From assembly GCA_965214775.1 (NCBI GenBank), contig OZ243974.1, forward strand, positions 1,632,001 to 1,696,000: a stretch of DNA of 64,000 nucleotides, written 5' to 3'. The notes below the pieces were generated by a model. The model worked only from the letters and a program-made list of their open reading frames with translations, was not told the DNA's origin and searched no databases. This DNA comes from Nitrosopumilus sp. (lineage in GTDB: Archaea; Thermoproteota; Nitrososphaeria; Nitrososphaerales; Nitrosopumilaceae). A program made the translations under genes and the position numbers. This document shows positions 27,715 to 38,123 of this stretch, piece by piece; the first letter of the stretch is position 1; each line of letters opens with the position of its first letter.

Positions 27715-29249
27715 AGACTTTATGCATAATCGGCCCATCTGATCTAAAAATACGACACAATAGATCATTATTTGCACACCAACAACCCTAAAGATCTGTA
27801 TGATTCCCTAACTGTATGGGCTCAAATGACAAGACTCTCCAAGCATTTCAAGCGTTACAAGCGCAACACGAGATGCTAGTCGAGCAACACGAGCAGGTAT
27901 CCAAGCAAAACAAACAGATGTCCAAGCAAAACGAGCGTATGAGGAAGCAGCTTGCGTTTGAGGACTCACTGTGGCAGTCCGAAGAAAACAAGACAAAAAG
28001 AGTCGTGCGCGGCGGGACGCCTCTGCGGATGCACGCAATCGAGGTTGCAGACGGCATAATCGGCGATCCGGTGCGCCTTTGCAACGTCACGGGATGCACA
28101 AAGGAGTCATTTACGATCATACTGGAGCGCTTTACGGAAGAAGTCATGGACGACGAGGACAGGCCCCTGTTCTGGGAGGACGACGTAAGAGGCGGCGATG
28201 CCGGAAACCGGTGCAAGCTGTACATCAGGCACGCGCTGCTTGCAGTACTCATGAGCATAAGGACCAAGGCAACGCAGCATCATCTGGCCGCAACGTTTGA
28301 CGTCGACCAGTCCACAATGTCCAGGTACCTCCGGTACGGTGCCGTGTTACTGCGCCGGCTCCTGCCTGCCTCCGAAAAGCTAACAAGCATCATCTGCAAG
28401 ACCCCGGCAGGCAAGCTGGAGGAGGTGCTGATCCCAAAAAAGACGCTCCTGATTGACGGTACCCTGACTCCGGTAGACAGGCCCGGGGACAGGACCGCAA
28501 GAAAGACCAGATACTCGGGAAGAAAAAAGCGGCACATGTTCAACACGATAATTACCTCGAACCTGGACGGCCTCATACTGCACTGCGGCAAGACTGTGGA
28601 CGGAAGCGTCAACGACAAGGGCGTGATGAACGCAGGGGGCGGCCCGGACTTTGGAAGGCACACCGGATCAATGAGGAATGCAAAAAACGCAGACGATCCG
28701 GAAGAGGCGTTTGTGATTTACAGCGACCTGGGATTTGAGGGCATTCAAAAGATGCTTCCGGGCGCCATACACAGGCAGCCCCCAAAGAAGCCCAGGGACG
28801 GGGATCTTACTGCAACGCAAAAGAGGCGCCGCAAGCAGATAAGCAGGGTTCGCGTCAGGGTGGAGCACCACATAGGGCGGCTCAAAAGATATGGCATTCT
28901 TACCATGCCGTTTGGCGGAACTGCCAAGGATCTAAACTATTTCATGCAGATAATCACGGGTCTTGAGAACCTCAAGACGATGTTGAAAAGGAAAAAATAC
29001 TATGGCCAGCTGCTGCAGCAGCTGCATCTGCTGCCAGACACATGACATACGGCGGTACGGACCGCCATTCTTTCTGACTTGTCAACGGGGCACATTGCCG
29101 TGCTGCATGGTTGCGCACGTTCTTTTGGCGCAACTGGCTTTTACGTGCGTCATGACACGAGATGCATGCGGTAATTTGATCCGATCAGCGCATTTGCGTT
29201 TGGAAAAGCCTACGGAATTTTTAATCACGGTCGATTACGCATAAAGTCT
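27715..29249 (+). mobile_element. IS5 family (ISL2/Harbinger-like) insertion sequence, copy 1
   Basis: Ends AGACTTTATGCATAATCG / CGATTACGCATAAAGTCT; 3-bp target duplication AAT. Confidence 0.93.
27816..29045 (+). CDS. DDE transposase (HTH plus DDE_Tnp_4 type)
   Basis: FDVDQSTMSR HTH, LIDGT, YSGRKKRH, SDLGFEG, RVRVEHHIGRLK. Confidence 0.93.
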   Translation: MGSNDKTLQAFQALQAQHEMLVEQHEQVSKQNKQMSKQNERMRKQLAFEDSLWQSEENKTKRVVRGGTPLRMHAIEVADGIIGDPVRLCNVTGCTKESFTIILERFTEEVMDDEDRPLFWEDDVRGGDAGNRCKLYIRHALLAVLMSIRTKATQHHLAATFDVDQSTMSRYLRYGAVLLRRLLPASEKLTSIICKTPAGKLEEVLIPKKTLLIDGTLTPVDRPGDRTARKTRYSGRKKRHMFNTIITSNLDGLILHCGKTVDGSVNDKGVMNAGGGPDFGRHTGSMRNAKNADDPEEAFVIYSDLGFEGIQKMLPGAIHRQPPKKPRDGDLTATQKRRRKQISRVRVRVEHHIGRLKRYGILTMPFGGTAKDLNYFMQIITGLENLKTMLKRKKYYGQLLQQLHLLPDT

Positions 29250-29540
29250 AATCTGTCCTACCAACAATCCCGGTACGTTGGAATGGGGAAAAGGTTCTAG
29301 TTTGCCGTGTTCGCGTTTGCTCAGATATGCCATTGCAATCGTAATATAGCCGATCACATCCTTTTTCTTGTATACGAAAAGCCAGGTTTGGCCAATTTTT
29401 TTGGCTTGATCATCAAAAGCTCCTTTTTTCAAGTAATCTGCGTATCACTGCTTGCTACATTTAAAGCGATTCAGATCAAAACCGGTCTTGTCTAATCTAT
29501 GAACGTGTACGTCCTTTTGAAAATTAATTGAAGCGGGCAA

Positions 29541-29699
29541 TTAGACGCCGTCTGGCGGTCTGATTACCTTGATCTTCTTGCTGTCCTCTATGGCTTCTTT
29601 GATAAGCTGCCTTTGTTCAAGTGTGGGTTCTTTGTTTAATGTATCGACCAGCACCTTCCACTGATCATCATCTAACGGTTCTACTTCTCTCAGGGTCAT
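29541..29699 (-). CDS. 52-aa putative antitoxin resembling a DUF1778 C-terminal half (not in the ORF track)
   Basis: MTLREVEPLDDDQWKVLVDTLNKEPTLEQRQLIKEAIEDSKKIKVIRPPDGV; its TAA abuts the TTG start of the GNAT gene. Confidence 0.7.
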   Translation of the reverse strand: MTLREVEPLDDDQWKVLVDTLNKEPTLEQRQLIKEAIEDSKKIKVIRPPDGV

Positions 29700-29744
29700 A
29701 TGAGATTAAGTACACATCATGCGTATCAAGTTTACGAAAACAGT

Positions 29745-29882
29745 TAGTCTGTTGCATAACCCGATTTTTCTGCCTGAATTCGTCCCAAATGGTAAATCCT
29801 GATAAAAACCACAGTTGATTTCGGCTCTTTGTGATCGAAACCAGATGTTTTTTGACTGGACACGAAGTCATGCAACCGATTA
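29745..29882. mobile_element. MITE, family M1
   Basis: Left end TAGTCTGTTGCATAAC; reverse-complement homolog of 17569-17708. Confidence 0.82.
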
Positions 29883-29983
29883 TTGTATTCGGGAATTACG
29901 TGAACAACCATCAGCCTCGGAGATAATCTTGTGCCGGGATTGCAATTTTTCGTAGGAAGAATCCGTTTCCTTGTACGTCTTGT

Positions 29984-30072
29984 AGGTGCGCACAGTTGAA
30001 AACCGAATGTTTTTCTGTCGAAACAGGCACGATGTGTCAGAAATCATGTTAGATTTTTTGATGTGGACACTA
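29984..30072. mobile_element. MITE, family M5
   Basis: GTGCGCACAGTTGAAA...GGCACGATGTGTCA...; homolog of 17009-17096. Confidence 0.72.
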
Positions 30073-30315
30073 CAGGTGATGACAAGTCCGCCAATCCAGC
30101 AGGAATCAACAGGTGAGACCTTGTGATTTTCCCCTGCTAGTTCTTTACAACCCATTTTGCAGTTTTGATTTCATGTCTTTCCTGTATGACTGAGCCGGAA
30201 ACAACTGCGATTTTTGCCACTGGCCAGACATGGGAACTGGACATAAGGCACTCTTTCCAAATCTTGATCAAATTCCCAGAATTCATATATTGAATTATGG
30301 CCAAATGAGCTGATT

Positions 30316-30855
30316 ATGAGTAAGAATTTTTGGCATGACATTGAACCAGGAATTGATATTCCCGAAATCATCAATGTCATTGTGGAGATTCCAAAGGGCT
30401 CCATGAACAAATACGAATATGACAAAAAGCACAACCTGATGAAACTAGACAGGGTATTGTTCTCGCCATTTCACTATCCGGGAGATTATGGTATTGTTCC
30501 CCAGACATTATCTGATGACGGAGACCCGCTTGACGCCTTGGTTCTAGTTACAAACCCAACTTATCCTGGAATACTAATCGAGGCAAGGCCAATAGGATTG
30601 CTTCAGATGAAAGATGATGGGAAACTAGATGACAAAATCATTTGCGTATCAACTAATGATCCAAGATATCTTCATACGGCAGACATTGGAGACATTGAGG
30701 ACCACTATCGTTCTGAAATTGCCCACTTTTTCCAGGTGTATAAAGATCTTGAAGGAAAGAAGGTAGAGATCCTGGGATGGAAATCATCCAAGGAATCAAA
30801 AACGGTCATCATCGAATCAATCAAGAGGTACAAAAACACACTAAAAAAATTCTAA
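30316..30855 (+). CDS. ppa: Inorganic pyrophosphatase (family I)
   Basis: EIPKGSMNKYEYDK, DRVL, DGDPLD, DDKII, HFFQVYKDLEGK. Confidence 0.96.
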   Translation: MSKNFWHDIEPGIDIPEIINVIVEIPKGSMNKYEYDKKHNLMKLDRVLFSPFHYPGDYGIVPQTLSDDGDPLDALVLVTNPTYPGILIEARPIGLLQMKDDGKLDDKIICVSTNDPRYLHTADIGDIEDHYRSEIAHFFQVYKDLEGKKVEILGWKSSKESKTVIIESIKRYKNTLKKF

Positions 30856-30865
30856 AATGCCCCTT

Positions 30866-32350
30866 AGACTTTATGCGTAATTGGAAAATCTGATCTAAAA
30901 ATACAACACAACAGATCATGGTTTGCATACCTACAACCATAAAGATCAGTAATGGCTCTCTAACGGTATGGGTTCAGATGTCGAGTTTGTCCAAACACTG
31001 CAAGAGCAAAACAAGAGTTTGGTAGAGCAAAACGAGCATCTGAAGAGCAGGCTTGCGTTTGAGGACTCGTTGTGGCAGTCCGAAGAAAACAAGACAAAAA
31101 GAGTCGTGCGCGGCGGGACGCCTCTGCGGATGCACGCAATCGAGGTTGCAGACGGCATAATCGGCGATCCGGTGCGCCTTCGCAACGTCACGGGATGCAC
31201 AAAGGAGTCATTTGAGATCATACTGGAGCGCTTTACGGAAGAAGTCATGGACGACGAGGACAGACCCCTGTTCTGGGAGGACGACGTAAGAGGCGGCGAT
31301 GCCGGAAACCGGTGCAAGCTGTACATCAGGCACGCGCTGCTTGCAGTACTCATGAGCATAAGGACCAAGGCAACGCAGCATCATCTGGCCGCAACGTTTG
31401 ACGTCGACCAGTCCACAATGTCCAGGTACCTCCGGTACGGTGCCGTGTTACTGCGCCAGCTCCTGCCTGCCTCCGAAAAGCTAACAAGCATCATCTGCAA
31501 GACCCCGGCAGGCAAGCTGGAGGAGGTGCTGATCCCAAAAAAGACGCTCCTGATTGACGGTACCCTGACTCCGGTAGACAGGCCCGGGGACAGGACCGCA
31601 AGAAAGACCAGATACTCGGGAAGAAAAAAGCGGCACATGTTCAACACGATAATTACCTCGAACCTGGACGGCCTCATACTGCACTGCGGCAAGACTGTGG
31701 ACGGAAGCGTCAACGACAAGGGCGTGATGAACGCAGGGGGCGGCCCGGACTTTGGAAGGCACACCGGATCAATGAGGAATGCAAAAAACGCAGACGATCC
31801 GGAAGAGGCGTTTGTGATTTACAGCGACCTGGGATTTGAGGGCATTCAAAAGATGCTTCCGGGCGCCATACACAGGCAGCCCCCAAAGAAGCCCAGGGAC
31901 GGGGATCTTACTGCAACGCAAAAGAGGCGCCGCAAGCAGATAAGCAGGGTTCGCGTCAGGGTGGAGCACCACATAGGGCGGCTCAAAAGATATGGCATTC
32001 TTACCATGCCGTTTGGCGGAACTGCCAAGGATCTAAACTATTTCATGCAGATAATCACGGGTCTTGAGAACCTCAAGACTATGCTGAAAAGGAAAAAACA
32101 CTATGGCCAGCTGCTGCAACAGCTGCATCTGCTGCCAGACACATGACATACGGCGGTACGGACCGCCATTCTTTCTGACTTGTCAAAGGGGCACATTGCC
32201 GTGCTGCATGGTTGCGCACGTTCTTTTGGCGCAACTGGCTTTTACGTGCGTCATGACACGAGATGCATGCGGTAATTTGATCCGATCAGCGCATTTGCGT
32301 TTGGAAAAGCCTACGGAATTTTTAATCACGGTCGATTACGCATAAAGTCT
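30866..32350 (+). mobile_element. IS5 family (ISL2/Harbinger-like) insertion sequence, copy 2
   Basis: Terminal repeat AGACTTTATGCGTAAT; 3-bp target duplication CTT; near-identical to copy 1 except at the left end. Confidence 0.93.
30968..32146 (+). CDS. DDE transposase (HTH plus DDE_Tnp_4 type)
   Basis: Same motifs as 27816-29045 with a different N-terminus. Confidence 0.93.
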   Translation: MGSDVEFVQTLQEQNKSLVEQNEHLKSRLAFEDSLWQSEENKTKRVVRGGTPLRMHAIEVADGIIGDPVRLRNVTGCTKESFEIILERFTEEVMDDEDRPLFWEDDVRGGDAGNRCKLYIRHALLAVLMSIRTKATQHHLAATFDVDQSTMSRYLRYGAVLLRQLLPASEKLTSIICKTPAGKLEEVLIPKKTLLIDGTLTPVDRPGDRTARKTRYSGRKKRHMFNTIITSNLDGLILHCGKTVDGSVNDKGVMNAGGGPDFGRHTGSMRNAKNADDPEEAFVIYSDLGFEGIQKMLPGAIHRQPPKKPRDGDLTATQKRRRKQISRVRVRVEHHIGRLKRYGILTMPFGGTAKDLNYFMQIITGLENLKTMLKRKKHYGQLLQQLHLLPDT

Positions 32351-32485
32351 CTTAATCACGCGAATCCTCTACACACAAAAAGAAGGGAATTTCCCAAATA
32401 CAAAAGCTATAGAGCGCAAGAAAACACATTTGCCTGCAGTGGCATTGCAGATGCGTCTGGCATGTTGTGTACGCGCAGGTTGCTG

Positions 32486-32573
32486 TAGTCAATACATAAA
32501 AAAATGGAATGCGATTTTGACACATCGTGCCTATTTTACCAAAAAAATATTCCATTTTCAACTGCACGCACTA
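32486..32573. mobile_element. Degenerate MITE, family M5 (reverse orientation)
   Basis: Reverse complement aligns to 17009-17096. Confidence 0.65.
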
Positions 32574-32673
32574 TGCGATTTGCCTATGGGCAAAACAAAC
32601 ATGCTATTAGACCCGTCTGATGAAAAGCTAAAAGAACATGCTGCCCAGCCAAATCCCCTCTGACTATTTTTTT

Positions 32674-33123
32674 TTACAATTCTTTTGTAAAAGACTGCGC
32701 AGATTGTGAAAATCCCATGGATTTGTAGAATCGATGAGCTTGACTGCGTTGGTTTCCGGATTCCAGTCTTATTCTATGACAATTTTTCTTTTTTCCAACC
32801 TGAATACAAAAACTAATCAGCTTGGAACCAATCCCTGATTTTTGATATTTTTTGCGAACAACCAGTTCTGGAACGTATAGCTCCGGCGTCTTTTGATTTA
32901 ATCTGGTCAAAAAGACAATGCTGAGCATTCCGACTATCTCCACATCATCAAGCACGGCAACCAGTATTTTTTTATCAGAATCAGAGATGTACTGTTTGGC
33001 CAGTCTTCTAAACGAATCGACATCTGAATCGACCTGAGGCTCCGGCCTGCCTAGCTCGTACAACAATCCCAGCAAAATCGGAACATCCACGTCCGAGGCC
33101 TCACGAATTGAAATTTTCTGCAC
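32674..33123 (-). CDS. GNAT-family N-acetyltransferase
   Basis: ELVVRKKYQKSGIGSKL acetyl-CoA motif; AHRFYKSMGF. Confidence 0.9.
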   Translation of the reverse strand: MQKISIREASDVDVPILLGLLYELGRPEPQVDSDVDSFRRLAKQYISDSDKKILVAVLDDVEIVGMLSIVFLTRLNQKTPELYVPELVVRKKYQKSGIGSKLISFCIQVGKKKNCHRIRLESGNQRSQAHRFYKSMGFSQSAQSFTKEL

Positions 33124-33224
33124 TAGAAACCTACTGCATTACTGCTTAATAATCTGATGAAAAAATCAAATATCAAAGACGTCCCTTCATATTGGTTTTT
33201 TAGTAGTCAGATAGCTGCAGTGTC

Positions 33225-34997
33225 ATGGAAGAGTACGAGCTTGGAAGATGGGATTTGTCTGATCTTGCAAAGAATCCGAAAGGCCCTCAGTTTCAAAGGC
33301 AGGTAACTGAACTAGAGAATCTTGCCAAGAACTTTGAGAAAATCAAGACAAAACTAGATCCCAAAATGTCTTCAAAAAGATTCATGACAATCTTACGGGA
33401 TGTGGAAGATATTTCTGAAAAGATGAGCAGGATTGTAGGCTATGCATCCCTGTCATATTCAGCCGATACGCAGTCTGATGAAGCAACATCTCTGATGACC
33501 AGGATGTCAAAGCTGGGTTCGGAGATTTCAAACAAGGTTCTGTTCTTTGACTTGTGGTGGAAGACCCAGGTTGATGAAAAAAATGCCAGGAGACTCATGA
33601 AAGATGCAGGGGAGCTGATTGAATATCTGCAACACAAGAGACTGTTTGCAAAATACGCATTAAGCGAACCCGAAGAAAGAATCATCAATACGCTGGATGT
33701 GACAGGAATTTCAGCGCTTGTAAAACTGTATGACAAGATTACAAATGCATTTGAATACAAAATGAGGATCGGAGGCAAAACCAGGACAATGACAAGAGAA
33801 GAACTTACAAACTATGTCAGAAGCACAAATCCAAAAATCAGAGAAGATGCATACAAGACAATTCTGACAAAATACGCCGAAAACAAGGGCGTAGTGGGTG
33901 AAATTTATCAAAACATCGTTCTTAATTGGAGGGATGAGGGAATTGATATCAGGGGTTATGACAGCCCAATATCGATGCGCAACATTGGAAATGACGTGGA
34001 TGACAAGACAATCAAATCGCTACTTTCTGTATGCAGAAGAAACTCTCCGGTATTTCAAAAGTTCTTTGTGCAAAAAGCAAGGATGCTCAAGGCAAAAAAA
34101 CTACGCAGATACGATCTGTACGCGCCTGCAGCGGCAGACATCAGGGAGAGGAGATATTCCTACGACAAATCGGTAAGACTGGTTTTTGAGTCACTTGGCA
34201 AATTCAGCGATACACTGGAAGATTTTGCAAGAAGGGTGTTCAAAGAAAACCACATAGACTCCTCAATTCGGCATGGAAAAAGAGACGGGGCATTTTGTAG
34301 CACACTTTCTCCAAAGATTACGCCATATGTTTTAGTCAATTTTACCGGAAAATCACGGGATGTCTTTACTCTGGCCCACGAGTTGGGCCATGCAGTACAC
34401 AGCCAGGCAGCTCAGGACAGATCAATTCTTGTCCAGGATGCGCCGTTGCCTCTAGCTGAGACTGCATCCACATTCTCAGAATTATTGCTGTACGATAACC
34501 TGTCAGGCAGGATTTCAGACGACGAGAAGAAAATCATGCTGTCTGAGAAAATTGATGATCTTTACGCAACAATCCTCCGCCAATCGTTTTTCACAATTTT
34601 TGAAGTTGATGCACACAGGAAAATTGCAGATGGCACAACAACTGACGAAATCTCCAAAACATATCTGGAGAGTTTGAAAGAGCAGTTTGGTAATTCGGTA
34701 AGGATGTCTGATGACTTTGCAATTGAATGGAGCTGTATTCCCCACTTTTATCACACACCGTTTTACTGCTATGCATATTCGTTTGGAAACCTCCTTGCAT
34801 TGTCACTATTCCAGAGATACAAAAAGGAGGGAGAGGACTTTGTCCCGTCATACACAAGCATCCTGGCAGCCGGCGGTTCAAGGAAACCAGAAAAACTGCT
34901 TGCCGAATACGGCTTTGACATTAGATCCCCAAAATTCTGGCAAGAGGGATTTGACTATATCGGTGAGCAGGTAAAAGCGTTGTCAAAACTAGGCTAG
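33225..34997 (+). CDS. pepF: Oligoendopeptidase F (peptidase M3B)
   Basis: WDLSDL, GKRDGAFC, LAHELGHAVH, AETASTFSE, IPHFYHTPFYCYAY. Confidence 0.93.
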   Translation: MEEYELGRWDLSDLAKNPKGPQFQRQVTELENLAKNFEKIKTKLDPKMSSKRFMTILRDVEDISEKMSRIVGYASLSYSADTQSDEATSLMTRMSKLGSEISNKVLFFDLWWKTQVDEKNARRLMKDAGELIEYLQHKRLFAKYALSEPEERIINTLDVTGISALVKLYDKITNAFEYKMRIGGKTRTMTREELTNYVRSTNPKIREDAYKTILTKYAENKGVVGEIYQNIVLNWRDEGIDIRGYDSPISMRNIGNDVDDKTIKSLLSVCRRNSPVFQKFFVQKARMLKAKKLRRYDLYAPAAADIRERRYSYDKSVRLVFESLGKFSDTLEDFARRVFKENHIDSSIRHGKRDGAFCSTLSPKITPYVLVNFTGKSRDVFTLAHELGHAVHSQAAQDRSILVQDAPLPLAETASTFSELLLYDNLSGRISDDEKKIMLSEKIDDLYATILRQSFFTIFEVDAHRKIADGTTTDEISKTYLESLKEQFGNSVRMSDDFAIEWSCIPHFYHTPFYCYAYSFGNLLALSLFQRYKKEGEDFVPSYTSILAAGGSRKPEKLLAEYGFDIRSPKFWQEGFDYIGEQVKALSKLG

Positions 34998-35346
34998 GCT
35001 TTAAAATTAATGGGGCTGACAGTCCAACGCAAGGACTGCCAGCTTGTTCCCCGAACGGTTTGAATTCGATGTCACTGGTGCGTCACAAGTTATCTGATTT
35101 AAACCTTTGAAATTGTTTGCAGTATGTCATGAATCGGTCTAGGGTCGTGACCTCCTCCTCCCTTCTTCTACTACTAATACTCGGCGCTTTCTGCCAATCT
35201 CATAAGAAAAAGCTTTCATGTCTTGTCTGCTGTACACTCCAAGATCAGCAGGATTTGCCGACATTATGTTGTCGTGTGTTGCCTTGTCTGCAAGACGTTG
35301 TATTGCCGAATCAGGTACTGTGCTGTCTGATGAATTTTTTGTTTCT

Positions 35347-35425
35347 AGACTTTATGCGTAATCGATTCAAAACTAGGATTGTTACGAACAAATCCTCTTA
35401 TTCAGGTCGATTACGCATAATGTCT
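35347..35425. mobile_element. 79-bp MITE with ISL2-type ends (M2 variant)
   Basis: AGACTTTATGCGTAATCGA / TCGATTACGCATAATGTCT. Confidence 0.82.
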
Positions 35426-35641
35426 AATGCCCCAACTACGGCAATCAATGAAAAGATCGGATCCTGAAATATACCGGCTAGAAACGGAATTGGAGCCATT
35501 TTGCTCGTAATTTTTCTCAAATATCTGATATTATCTAGGGACAGCGGTTTTTCAGAAAAAGAAATTAACGGCCAACAGTGCGAGGAGGCTCTGAACTGAA
35601 ACATGCGTAAATTTAATAATTTAATCCCAAGGGGACTATTT

Positions 35642-36814
35642 ATGCGACAAAAAAAAATGATGATTTTCTCAGTAATTGCACTGGTTTTTTCATATTCGGG
35701 AGGATCTGCCTTTGCTCAAGAGCCAGGTCTGGCAACATACCACGAGACTGCCCAAGTCCTTGTTGATAAAAGCATGTCACAAAACGTAACTGCCTCAATA
35801 ACGCTTCAAAGCACCAGCATTCAAGAGATTAGAATACCATATGATCTCGAAGGAGACATTAGAGAAGACGGCAAAGTCATAGCAATGGTCGTTACAAATC
35901 AAGACCGATGCGTTCTGGGCGTTTTTGACATGTCATGTGTCATGATTAATGTTGAGCGTGACCCTGCAGACAAAGGAATTCTCGAAATTCAGGACTCGTC
36001 CAAAGAAATAGGAAACCAATACATTGACAGAATTAACAAAGTTTTTGGGACAGAGGCAACACTGCATTCGGTTTTTGTTCACAGCGATGATCAGTCAAAC
36101 CAGGCACTGGGAACATCGGGAATAATCTCAGGAAGAGGTGCAATCTCCGTAGTATATACGATGCCAATGGAGGATACAGGCTCCATGTATGAAAAAATTT
36201 CAGCACTGCTGCTTCCAAAAGAGATTCGAGAGTCGGGGGGATTTTACAGTGTGGCAAGAGAACTATCAAATCAGGAAAATGCCAAAGTAACCTTCTCCCT
36301 GATTCCGGCGGACTCACATTCGCTAATGCAATTAAAACTGTCAGTTGATTATCCCGGGGAGGCCACAGATCTTTCACAAATTAGCCCGTTTGAATTTCTC
36401 AAGATAGAAGAATTGGCCAGATCAGACTACTTTTCAGGGGGATTCTATCCGCTAAACTCTTTGGTGCAGGTAGTAGTGCTGTCCCCTGGCAATTCAGCCG
36501 TTTCAGACGTTGCAGGAGATCAAGTCCCGACTCAGACTGTGGATAACGAAAAAATTCCGACTGACATTACAAAACAAGGATGGATTTTTGATCCCAAGGA
36601 AGGACAGATAATCCAAGGAATGTACATTTTCGGAGAAGAGACTCTGATTAGCAGGGATGATTTGATATTCGCATTGGACGGTTCAGCAGTTGAAAATCCG
36701 CCACCAGAACCCGCAGAATTTGATGATTCGGTTGCAATTGTTGCCGCTATTACTGCAGTAGCAATAGCATCAGCCGTATTTTATTTGAAAGGGTACAAAA
36801 GGCAGTCACAATAG
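35642..36814 (+). CDS. Exported hypothetical protein with a C-terminal membrane anchor
   Basis: Signal peptide ending AFA-Q; C-terminal TM helix and basic tail; alternative ATG at 35603. Confidence 0.82.
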   Translation: MRQKKMMIFSVIALVFSYSGGSAFAQEPGLATYHETAQVLVDKSMSQNVTASITLQSTSIQEIRIPYDLEGDIREDGKVIAMVVTNQDRCVLGVFDMSCVMINVERDPADKGILEIQDSSKEIGNQYIDRINKVFGTEATLHSVFVHSDDQSNQALGTSGIISGRGAISVVYTMPMEDTGSMYEKISALLLPKEIRESGGFYSVARELSNQENAKVTFSLIPADSHSLMQLKLSVDYPGEATDLSQISPFEFLKIEELARSDYFSGGFYPLNSLVQVVVLSPGNSAVSDVAGDQVPTQTVDNEKIPTDITKQGWIFDPKEGQIIQGMYIFGEETLISRDDLIFALDGSAVENPPPEPAEFDDSVAIVAAITAVAIASAVFYLKGYKRQSQ

Positions 36815-37357
36815 CAAGACTGCTGCGGCAAACACGGTAGTCCATTTGCCATCCTTGTTGCCGCGAGCTACCGAAGTGATGTTTTGAGTCTTGTAAATTT
36901 CGCCTGAAATTTTCCATTGCTGGCGTTTCTCATCCCAGTTTTTGTCAACATCAAAAGGAATGCCCAGCGAAGATGCAAGCATTTGTGCTGCAATATCCTC
37001 TGCATAATCGCCTGCTTGCGTCTGATTTTGTCCAAAGGATTCGTACTCGGATAGATAGCCATATTTGCTCTTGTCTTTTGGTTGTGCCACCCCGACAGAT
37101 GCACTGCACATCCTGTGCGGCTCTCTTGTTTGGTTTTTAGAATAAATCGTAAACAGTATCTGTCCTGGGGAGATCTGTCTGAGTCCCTCTTTTCTTGAAA
37201 CGAGTCTGGCATTTGGGGGAAATATGCTTGAGATCAAAACAACGTTGGTTCCGGCAATTCCTGCATCCCTTAGGGCATACTCGAAACTTGTTAAGCGGTC
37301 CTCATGAACTCCTTTTCCTTTTGTCAAGAACAATTTCTTTGCAACCAAGTCAAGCAA
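36806..37357 (-). CDS. pdaD: Pyruvoyl-dependent arginine decarboxylase
   Basis: SFEYALRDAGI, NVVLISSIFP (Ser-Ser cleavage site), YGYLSE, WTTVFAAAV. Confidence 0.93.
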   Translation of the reverse strand: MLDLVAKKLFLTKGKGVHEDRLTSFEYALRDAGIAGTNVVLISSIFPPNARLVSRKEGLRQISPGQILFTIYSKNQTREPHRMCSASVGVAQPKDKSKYGYLSEYESFGQNQTQAGDYAEDIAAQMLASSLGIPFDVDKNWDEKRQQWKISGEIYKTQNITSVARGNKDGKWTTVFAAAVLLL

Positions 37358-37422
37358 TTCTGAATTGATGAAAGAGGGTCATTATTTATACTTTAATTCA
37401 GACCGGTTGCTCGGCAATCCTG

Positions 37423-37647
37423 TCAGTCTTTTCTCTTTTTCTTTTTTCTTTTGTCCGGAGCCCTGTCTTTTTGTGTCAGGAAGACAAATGTGAACAGTGC
37501 ACCAAGACCGATGTTGACAACCCCCATGAATGTGATAAACATTGTAAACTGTGGCGAGGAGTTTAGCCCCATGAAGATGCCAATGGAGCCTGTAACATAG
37601 AACATTCCCATCAAAAGTTTCAGCCGCACGGGATCAATGTATCTCAT
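37423..37647 (-). CDS. Small membrane protein with two predicted TM helices
   Basis: Two hydrophobic helices and a Lys/Arg tail. Confidence 0.7.
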   Translation of the reverse strand: MRYIDPVRLKLLMGMFYVTGSIGIFMGLNSSPQFTMFITFMGVVNIGLGALFTFVFLTQKDRAPDKRKKKKRKD

Positions 37648-37770
37648 ATGATCTATCAGTTGGGGGGAATATTATAAGCTGACGCATCATCATTCAGGTG
37701 GGAGTCCCTTGATTGTCTGAAACGACTTCAGGCAACACTTTAAAGCTTCAAATCTTTTATTTTATTTCGT

Positions 37771-37845
37771 GCCAATGTAGCTCAGCCTGGCCAGAGCATT
37801 CGCCTTGTAAGCGAAAGGTCATGGGTTCAGATCCCATCATTGGCT
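37771..37845 (+). tRNA. tRNA-Thr(TGT)
   Basis: Acceptor GCCAATG/CATTGGC, anticodon arm TTCGC-CTTGTAA-GCGAA, T arm ATGGG-TTCAGAT-CCCAT. Confidence 0.93.
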
Positions 37846-38123
37846 TAATCTCACTTTGAGAGAGCCAGAAAATAACAAACAAGGATCTGATGATTTTCAG
37901 TCACGGATATTCAAAAATAAAGATTAGAGATAACATCAAAAAGGTCAGTGTCACGTTGGGGATCTTTGTTAACTAGATGGGATCATAACAAAATGCGAGA
38001 ATCGAGAGTTTACTCCTCAGATGACACTACTGGCCGGAGCATTGTTGATCACTCTTGTTGTGCCGTCTCATTGGAGGGGCAAACTTTTTTCCGAGAATCA
38101 TTCTCAAAATATATAAATAGAAT

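Larger units (their letters stand above)
27496..29540 (-). pseudogene. GNAT acetyltransferase toxin (TacT/AtaT-like) split by an IS, with an in-frame TGA
   Basis: Removing the IS plus one AAT restores PGLLVGQI-AVHRDFEGLGVG; the N-terminus reads FKCSKQ*YADYLKK (TGA at 29447-29445). Confidence 0.85.

Noticed and set aside
27730-27777. N-terminus of the 93-aa ORF 27496-27777
   Set aside because: Derived from IS sequence; the true N-terminal half lies at 29250-29540
29445-29447. Selenocysteine or recoded TGA in the GNAT gene
   Set aside because: The gene is also split by an IS and the codon is not at the Cys of the FxC motif; simple decay is more likely
35010-35100. Possible structured ncRNA after pepF
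   Set aside because: Some GC pairing and a terminal CTGA, but no recognisable family motif; would need an Rfam search
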